Positions 34,148-40,000 of a stretch of 40,000 nt of DNA are shown in pieces. The stretch is from Kosakonia phage Kc263. Each line of letters opens with the position of its first letter. Position 1 is the stretch's first letter. Both the position numbers and the translations under genes were made by a program. Below the pieces are notes generated by a model, which saw only the letters and a list, made by a program, of their open reading frames with translations, did no database searches and was not told the origin of the DNA. The stretch lies in sequence record MZ348422.1. The stretch is one strand, 5' to 3'.

Positions 34148-34624
34148 TTACAACATGTTACCGTAAGGGATGGACCAAATTTTAGTCTTTCTTAATCCAA
34201 GCCAATAATATCTATTTGAAATCCAATAGCCTCGTTTTAATGTTCGAGGGCCTTTAGTTCCATTTACACGAAGGGGTGTGTCGCCTTTCACTTCTAAAAG
34301 AAGCACACTACCGTACTCCTTCTTAATAAGAAAGCGACGACTGCACAAATCACCATGTTGATCAGTATACCGTACTCTGACAATCTCGGGTTTCCAGTCC
34401 CCGCCATGGTAACGTAACTGTTGCAAATCTTTATGAAAGAAATTACGAACCTCTTTGATCTTAATCCGTCGATTATATTTCCGATTGCGAATCTTTATCC
34501 GCAAACGCTGCCAAATTTGCCAAAGGCGACCACGGTGTGTTTCGCCAGTGAGTTCAAAATAGAACGCGTCTATGTTGGTCTCGTCCACGTAACGAATATT
34601 ATCGTCCATATCAAATTTCGACAT
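34148..34624 (-). CDS. Hypothetical basic protein, about 158 aa
   Basis: ORF rich in R/K (RGRLWQIWQRLRIKIRNRKYNRRIKIKEVR). Confidence 0.5.
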   Translation of the reverse strand: MSKFDMDDNIRYVDETNIDAFYFELTGETHRGRLWQIWQRLRIKIRNRKYNRRIKIKEVRNFFHKDLQQLRYHGGDWKPEIVRVRYTDQHGDLCSRRFLIKKEYGSVLLLEVKGDTPLRVNGTKGPRTLKRGYWISNRYYWLGLRKTKIWSIPYGNML

Positions 34625-35222
34625 CTGGTTCAAGCCAGCTTTCTTCTAACATGATGGAATGGTCATCAGGACAAAGACGACCTGGATCCCGCCAGTGATA
34701 CTTAACGTTACTCAAGATATGAGTAACCGATTCAGGTGTGATATCAACAGGCAAACTACAGATCGGGTAGTTATCCGATTGCGCTAAACTAACGATCCGT
34801 TCATACGCCCCGTGAGCAACTTCGGATTTTAACGTTTGTCCGTTAGGTAATTTAACGGAGAAGTTTCCTTCCAATAAGGCGTTCCTGATTATTTCTTCGA
34901 GGTTGGTATTTTGTTCCAACACGCCGTAGAAATAATTCACCAACCCAATGTAGCAAAGATATTCAAATTGGTTATCTAATTGGGCCCAGGATTTTTCTGA
35001 TGTCACGCTATAACGCAGGCTGGCCATTTTCTTTTTATTGACCCATACCTCTACTAGCGTTCCGCCGTTCTCAATGTCTTCAATAAAAGTAATGGTCGGA
35101 GTGAATTGAACATTCTTTAAAAAGACAGATCTGACGGTGCCCGCAATTTCATTAATCGCTTCTTGTTTGACGGTCCGTGCTATAGATCGCAACAGGCCAT
35201 TGGTTATAGTTAATGCTAACAT
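34611..35222 (-). CDS. Hypothetical protein, 203 aa
   Basis: ORF with AAGGGG Shine-Dalgarno. Confidence 0.6.
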   Translation of the reverse strand: MLALTITNGLLRSIARTVKQEAINEIAGTVRSVFLKNVQFTPTITFIEDIENGGTLVEVWVNKKKMASLRYSVTSEKSWAQLDNQFEYLCYIGLVNYFYGVLEQNTNLEEIIRNALLEGNFSVKLPNGQTLKSEVAHGAYERIVSLAQSDNYPICSLPVDITPESVTHILSNVKYHWRDPGRLCPDDHSIMLEESWLEPDVEI

Positions 35223-35236
35223 CAGTTCCCCTTAGT

Positions 35237-35533
35237 TTATCGTGAATAACGATACTTATGCGCTTTCCAAGCATCGTTGATATTTTTAAGCTTTGTGAAA
35301 TCCATTCCAGAATGAAAAGACATCAGAAGAATCAATTCATCTGAAATGTGGGTGACCTCACCCTGCATGATCTTTCTGAAATTGTACCGAGGGATGGAAC
35401 ATTCCATGGCAAACTTATCCCAGGATTCAGGGGTGGTCAGTCCGGTACTTTTTAAGTACTCAGCTACACTTGGTGGTGCCGAAGGTTTATGTAACCCCGG
35501 AAATATAGAAAGTAGCTTATTGTGATTTTTCAT
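35237..35533 (-). CDS. Small protein, possible helix-turn-helix domain, 98 aa
   Basis: ESWDKFAMECSIPRYNFRKIMQGEVTHISDELILLMSFHSGMDF loosely resembles an XRE-type HTH (..la...gis...is.i..G....s...l..la...g..). Confidence 0.45.
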   Translation of the reverse strand: MKNHNKLLSIFPGLHKPSAPPSVAEYLKSTGLTTPESWDKFAMECSIPRYNFRKIMQGEVTHISDELILLMSFHSGMDFTKLKNINDAWKAHKYRYSR

Positions 35534-35969
35534 CGGTTACCTGAGTGCGATAATCATTATAGGTCGCTTGGAAGCGAAGTTGAGTGCAATCGATCTCAAT
35601 GAAAATGTCGTGGGCGTGCATAACTGAGGTATGGACATAATCATTATAGACCGCCAGGTAAACTCGGTTATAACGGATCCCATCATCATGATCACGCTGA
35701 ACTCGACGGACCAATGCTTCCATCTGTGTTCTGTCTGTGTTATCGAAATGGACAAAACTTGGAGGCGGTATGATCACTTGTTGGATTTCGTAACCCACAG
35801 CTTTTTCGATATTGAACAAACCGGTAACGAACTCATGTTCTTCTACGACACCGATATGGGTAGGAATTCTGATTCCAACGATCCCTTGTTGAATCACCAG
35901 GCGATCCAGAATCTTGAATACAAGCTGATCCAGGTCTGAACCAATCAGGGTATTTGTCATAGGTAACAT
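35517..35969 (-). CDS. Hypothetical protein, 150 aa
   Basis: ORF with GAAGGA upstream; the start may alternatively be MTNTLIG. Confidence 0.55.
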   Translation of the reverse strand: MLPMTNTLIGSDLDQLVFKILDRLVIQQGIVGIRIPTHIGVVEEHEFVTGLFNIEKAVGYEIQQVIIPPPSFVHFDNTDRTQMEALVRRVQRDHDDGIRYNRVYLAVYNDYVHTSVMHAHDIFIEIDCTQLRFQATYNDYRTQVTDEKSQ

Positions 35970-35973
35970 GATG

Positions 35974-36246
35974 TTAATCCTTCTTATTGACCAGTTCTAC
36001 AATGAGTTCCATCATTCCTACATCAACAGCCTGATGGAAGGGAACCGAACGGTTGGAAGAAAAAGAGACCACAACTTCATTGTTTTGAATAACAGAAGTA
36101 ACAAGCGGAGTCTTATCCTTTTCAAACCAACCTGTGATAGCATAGGCCACGCCATTGTCGAAGTTGACAATCATTGTTTCACTGGTGTGCATGGCCGCTT
36201 GGAATTCTTCATACAGTCTTTTCTGTACGCAGGCGATAGTAATCAT
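35974..36246 (-). CDS. Hypothetical protein, 90 aa
   Basis: ORF with AAGGT Shine-Dalgarno. Confidence 0.5.
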   Translation of the reverse strand: MITIACVQKRLYEEFQAAMHTSETMIVNFDNGVAYAITGWFEKDKTPLVTSVIQNNEVVVSFSSNRSVPFHQAVDVGMMELIVELVNKKD

Positions 36247-36323
36247 TTCATTTACCTTCTGAAAATATTCATAAGTATAGATATCCCAGTTACCTTTTAG
36301 GTAACCAGGAAATTGAATTTATT

Positions 36324-36878
36324 TTAATCTTCAACAACATGATCAAGTAATGATTGGAAATCGATTCCGTAATAGACCCAAAAACCAATCGGAGTATGGG
36401 GATAACACTGAATGGTGCAATAGGAGCCATTCGCTTTGATCATTTCGAGTGATTCTTCCACGCTGCATCGTTCTGGAACAAAATCATCAGGTTCCGTTTC
36501 ACAATCAAGCACGGTTCCTCGATCGGAGGTTTCATCGATTACATTATAATCGAGATAGGATCCTGCTTTACATAATTTTGCAATTTCTTCAAATTGATCG
36601 ATCCTGAACGGTGGGATAAGTTCGTAGAGTTCTGGATTGTTTTCTTTAACCCATTGCATCAACGTTTGAACATCGTACGAAGCAATATCGATATTGCCGA
36701 TCCCACAAGTATCTGTTTCATATTCGATACGCAGCTCTGCTAAGAAATCTTTCTCAATGATCTCTGAAACAGGAACAATGACAGATTTGTCCCTTTTAGC
36801 AAGGTACTTCTCCACAGTTGTGTAATCAGTGGTATTCTCTTTGGTAGCTAAACGGAATTCTAACAGTTTCATTTTCAT
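36324..36878 (-). CDS. Hypothetical acidic protein, about 184 aa
   Basis: Start uncertain (MKMKLLEF at 36878 or MKLLEF at 36872, AGGA upstream). Confidence 0.55.
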   Translation of the reverse strand: MKMKLLEFRLATKENTTDYTTVEKYLAKRDKSVIVPVSEIIEKDFLAELRIEYETDTCGIGNIDIASYDVQTLMQWVKENNPELYELIPPFRIDQFEEIAKLCKAGSYLDYNVIDETSDRGTVLDCETEPDDFVPERCSVEESLEMIKANGSYCTIQCYPHTPIGFWVYYGIDFQSLLDHVVED

Positions 36879-36893
36879 ATGTCCTATATACAT

Positions 36894-36925
36894 AACTCTA
36901 GTTACCCAATTGGGTAACTAGAGTT
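36894..36925. other. Perfect 32-nt palindrome directly upstream of the 36324-36878 gene (terminator or operator)
   Basis: AACTCTAGTTACCCAATTGGGTAACTAGAGTT. Confidence 0.7.
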
Positions 36926-37251
36926 TAATTAATTCGGGGAATTTTTTCTATCGGTATTTCTTATCTTTCATTTTTCTTTTGGAGTCAATCTCTTTTCTCT
37001 TGTTCTCTAATTATACTTACTTAATATAATTAAATATAATTAATATATATTACCTTAAAAGGTAAGAGAAGAAGGTAAGAATGAAATCTGACCCCAAACC
37101 CCTTTAAAGCAAGAAAAAAGAAGAGAAAATCATGAACTCTATTTTTACCACAAAGGGGAAAACAAGTAAGATAAAGACCATGACTACATATAATACGAAG
37201 CGGCTATTAATTTTTAACTGTCATTCAATATGTAAATAACATAGTAAAGCA

Positions 37252-37271
37252 GATAGGGAGTTACCCCTATC
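37252..37271 (-). terminator. Hairpin downstream of the 222-aa gene
   Basis: GATAGGG-AGTTAC-CCCTATC, followed by TGCTTTACTATG on the minus strand (weak T-run). Confidence 0.5.
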
Positions 37272-37287
37272 CACTTTGTATGGTCAT

Positions 37288-37956
37288 TTAGACGGCATTA
37301 CCCAAACGCAGGTTCTGATCCACATGCTCACGCAGTGCTTCATGCAGCCAGTGGTTCACCGGGTCTTTGGCAATGCTCGCCTCATAGCTTCGCATCACAC
37401 CAAAGTGAACCGGGAACAGTTCGCTCATCGGACCCTTAACTGCCGCTGTGCTCACATCAACAAATACAGTCAGCTTGTTGAAGATGTTACGACGGATTAC
37501 CACACGGGTCGGCATGATCTCATTCAGCAGGCTACTGGTGTATTTCAACTCATGCTCCTGCTGGACGTTCAGTAAACGCTGCAGGAACGGGATCTTCATG
37601 ATGATTGGACGAATATCCATTGCGCCGATTTGGCTTTCGATATACTGACTCGCATCGTCATGATATTTTCGGCCGTATTTATGGTACCAGACTTTCATCT
37701 CATTCAGAACGCGTTTATTGATCGTAGGCGTCTTGCTGAGTTTAAAGTGTTGTTTGGTACCGAGAGCTTCAATGATGAGCGTGTAGAGCTTCCCATCCTC
37801 GCTCAGTGACAACCAAACGACCAAACCGGGCATTTCCCATACCGGGCTGTTGAACTTGGACTTAACCAGCAGTTCATTGGCTTTCTTCAGATTCCCTTCA
37901 ACAATCTTGATGAACAGCGCGATGAAGATTGCTTGGATGTGGTTATAATTAAACAT
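37288..37956 (-). CDS. Hypothetical protein, 222 aa
   Basis: ORF with GAGGAAAG upstream. Confidence 0.6.
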   Translation of the reverse strand: MFNYNHIQAIFIALFIKIVEGNLKKANELLVKSKFNSPVWEMPGLVVWLSLSEDGKLYTLIIEALGTKQHFKLSKTPTINKRVLNEMKVWYHKYGRKYHDDASQYIESQIGAMDIRPIIMKIPFLQRLLNVQQEHELKYTSSLLNEIMPTRVVIRRNIFNKLTVFVDVSTAAVKGPMSELFPVHFGVMRSYEASIAKDPVNHWLHEALREHVDQNLRLGNAV

Positions 37957-38029
37957 GACCTTTTCTTTCCTCAGAGTGAATGAGCAACGATTTCGAATGA
38001 ATTAGTTACCAAATGGCAACTAAATGAAA

Positions 38030-38431
38030 TCAAAGTATGGGGGATTTATTGAACTCTTGTTCTTTGAACTTAGCGAGCTCTTTGGGTGGTTTAGTGAAAG
38101 ATCCACTAATTTGTTTGCTATTGGTACCGTATTTGACCCAGATGAGATATTCATCATCTTCATGGACCATACTGACCTCAGCAGAAAACTTGAACACGGC
38201 AAGGTCGCATACACTCTGAATAATCTCAGGTGTTAACTCGTCGTTATAGACCCACTGTTCAATAATTCCTTTTTGAATTGATTTTACTGCCCTGTTAAAG
38301 AGATCTTCTTGTACTGATTTTCTTTCCCTATCTTCTTCTCTTTTGTTCATGAGATAAGGGACTATCCAGAAATGCAGTAACGAGGCAGTAACTACCCCAC
38401 ATGTAAAACCCTGCATAAACACTTGAAACAT
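38030..38431 (-). CDS. Hypothetical N-terminally membrane-anchored protein, 133 aa
   Basis: AAGGTG Shine-Dalgarno; N-terminal MFQVFMQGFTCGVVTASLLHFWIVPYLMNKREEDRER = one TM then charged region. Confidence 0.6.
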   Translation of the reverse strand: MFQVFMQGFTCGVVTASLLHFWIVPYLMNKREEDRERKSVQEDLFNRAVKSIQKGIIEQWVYNDELTPEIIQSVCDLAVFKFSAEVSMVHEDDEYLIWVKYGTNSKQISGSFTKPPKELAKFKEQEFNKSPIL

Positions 38432-38631
38432 AATTCACCTTCGGTGTAGTCAATAAGGATACTTCACTTCGTTCAGTAATTTATTTAAATTATCCTTCCG
38501 GATAGACCCCTACCCCTTCCATTAAGATAGGGATATGGGTAAAAATAAATTATTCAAAGTAAGAGAAGAATCAATTTAAAGAAAAGATGGTTAGCAATCC
38601 CCGTATTACTACAGTCATGCTAACCAATATG

Positions 38632-38892
38632 TCAAGCACAGAGTTTATCCATTACTTCTTTGACCATGATCTCAACAACAGTCGGATCCGGCACATCGCT
38701 CAACTTACCTTTAGCCAGCCTTTGTTGTACCACACTGATGGTGGCATCAAAGATCTGATCCAGTTCGATATCCAGCACGTCTTCATGCTTTAACACTTCA
38801 TGATAGACACGCAGGTAATCTAAGTGAACCACCTCTTTAGGCGGGCGTGGTTTAACAGCACGAGGTTTTGATTGAGCAGACTTTTTACGCAT
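38632..38892 (-). CDS. Hypothetical protein, 86 aa, basic N-terminus
   Basis: ORF MRKKSAQSKPRAVKPRPPKEVVHLDY..., GGGAG upstream. Confidence 0.55.
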   Translation of the reverse strand: MRKKSAQSKPRAVKPRPPKEVVHLDYLRVYHEVLKHEDVLDIELDQIFDATISVVQQRLAKGKLSDVPDPTVVEIMVKEVMDKLCA

Positions 38893-38894
38893 TT

Positions 38895-39014
38895 CTAACT
38901 CCCGGGTTTCTTCTTTCGGTCAGTCTTACACTTCGACCAACGATAATTAATAAACAGCGCTAATGAGATCCCAAACAAAAATAACATCAAGATCCAGATA
39001 ACTTCTTCCCACAT
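38895..39014 (-). CDS. Putative single-TM microprotein, 39 aa (not in ORF track)
   Basis: Manual translation: MWEEVIWILMLFLFGISLALFINYRWSKCKTDRKKKPGS*. Its ATG is adjacent to the upstream stop and its 3' end carries the GGGAG of the next gene. Confidence 0.6.
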   Translation of the reverse strand: MWEEVIWILMLFLFGISLALFINYRWSKCKTDRKKKPGS

Positions 39015-39015
39015 A

Positions 39016-39621
39016 TTAAACCCCGAAGACATCCTCCATGGTCACAATTTCGTCATTTGCAGAGACGTAATGTAACTGACCATTGCGGAATTCACCATTA
39101 AACGTTGTGTATTTATCTTCGTTTCCTTTTCGGACCAGGATCTCAAAACGACTATCATACGTTTTGCTATGCTTGTGGTGGGCGGTAACTTTGTAACCCA
39201 AACAATAATCAATGTCCGGATTAATGTTATCGGCAAAGCTTTGAATGGTGGATTTCATTTCATGCAATGCACGCATACTGATCCAACTTTCAATAAAACG
39301 ACCCACTACGTCGAAACGATTGTTAACATCCCCTGTTAAAGAATAGCGAAAGTCATGGGGACGGATTGCAGGGGAGAGAAAATCGCTGATCCCTTCTTTG
39401 GGACGAGTAAAGACAATTTCACCGGTCTGGGGACTTTCCATTCCGAATGTTAAGTAACGTTCCCTTCGATTGATGATGAACTCGAACGCTACGATAAATT
39501 TATTTTGTAACTCATTGTTCCGTAATTTGTACGGATTAACAACGCGTGTGTTTACGGCCTGTACTGAGAAGTGCTGGCTGAGTTTGTTGGACAGTTCCAG
39601 GCGGATAAGTTCGGTATTCAT
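39016..39621 (-). CDS. Hypothetical protein, 201 aa
   Basis: ORF with TAGAGG Shine-Dalgarno, preceded by an ATATTAT-type motif. Confidence 0.6.
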   Translation of the reverse strand: MNTELIRLELSNKLSQHFSVQAVNTRVVNPYKLRNNELQNKFIVAFEFIINRRERYLTFGMESPQTGEIVFTRPKEGISDFLSPAIRPHDFRYSLTGDVNNRFDVVGRFIESWISMRALHEMKSTIQSFADNINPDIDYCLGYKVTAHHKHSKTYDSRFEILVRKGNEDKYTTFNGEFRNGQLHYVSANDEIVTMEDVFGV

Positions 39622-39651
39622 ATAAACCTCTATGTAGAAAACTAAAGTGTA

Positions 39652-39673
39652 GTTACATACTAATAATATCTGC
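39652..39673 (-). promoter_or_regulatory. Promoter-like motif upstream of 39016-39621
   Basis: Minus strand GCAGATATTATTAGTATGTAAC, similar to 3588-3609. Confidence 0.45.
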
Positions 39674-40000
39674 CCATTATTTTTTAATGGAAAGTATTTA
39701 TATTATGTAAGGAAAATCACTCAGCGCCACTGCTTGATTTTTCTGACTCATGATAAGTAATCATCTTTTCAGCTTGAATAATTATCAGGCACAGAGATAT
39801 TATGCAAAACTAATATCTCTTTTTCTTTATGGGCATTTACGAGTACCCATAAAGAAGATCGAATGCCATCGTCTCTTCTAAATATCCAAATAGTAACCTC
39901 TAGATTTAATTAAAGTGGGGATCCGCCATCTCCCCCTTTCTTTATAGGCATTTGCTCTGTTGAGTGTCTATAGAGAAAGAGCCGTCAACTCTTTCATCGG

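Noticed and set aside
36289-36305. GTTACC-TTTTA-GGTAAC hairpin
   Set aside because: Only a 6-bp stem; too weak to call as a terminator.
37276-37575. 99-aa plus-strand ORF that could be driven by the TATATTAC at 37046
   Set aside because: Fully antisense to the 222-aa minus-strand gene with no convincing RBS; kept only as part of the non-coding-region hypothesis.
1-40000. tRNA genes, rRNA, integrase/transposase, CRISPR array
   Set aside because: No tRNA cloverleaf, transposase DDE or integrase motif, or regularly spaced repeat was recognised on reading; a tRNAscan-SE run would be needed to exclude tRNAs fully.

Overview
This 40 kb window is from a nucleus-forming, phiKZ-like jumbo phage (Chimalliviridae-type). 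Almost every gene is on the minus strand. The best-supported anchors are: a PhuZ-type tubulin/FtsZ-like protein (25045-26001, GGGTGSG loop); a chimallin (ChmA) candidate for the major phage-nucleus shell protein (16449-18359); split multisubunit non-virion RNA polymerase genes, namely beta' N-part with DFDGD (14766-16361), beta C-part (1460-3565) and beta' C-part truncated by the window edge (1-1443); a family-B DNA polymerase fragment with KxxxN and DTDS motifs (19783-21855); an SSB-like protein with a Gly/Asn linker and acidic tip (8859-9647); and an SbcD/Mre11-like metallophosphoesterase (10448-11590). By synteny with phiKZ gp68-gp74, the 543/515/501-aa genes are candidate gp68, gp69 (PicA/Imp1 import factor) and gp70 equivalents. 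The most interesting candidate is 13154-13891, a 245-aa protein with paired HxT/HxS motifs in an Acb1-like (anti-CBASS 2H phosphoesterase) context, encoded next to the nucleus/RNAP genes. Other items are two unlisted single-TM microproteins, a recurring ATATTAT promoter-like motif, tandem diverged beta-helix-like paralogs, many hairpin terminators, and a 26-40 kb block of small unannotated, tightly packed accessory genes. All homology statements are from motif and pattern recognition; no database was searched.
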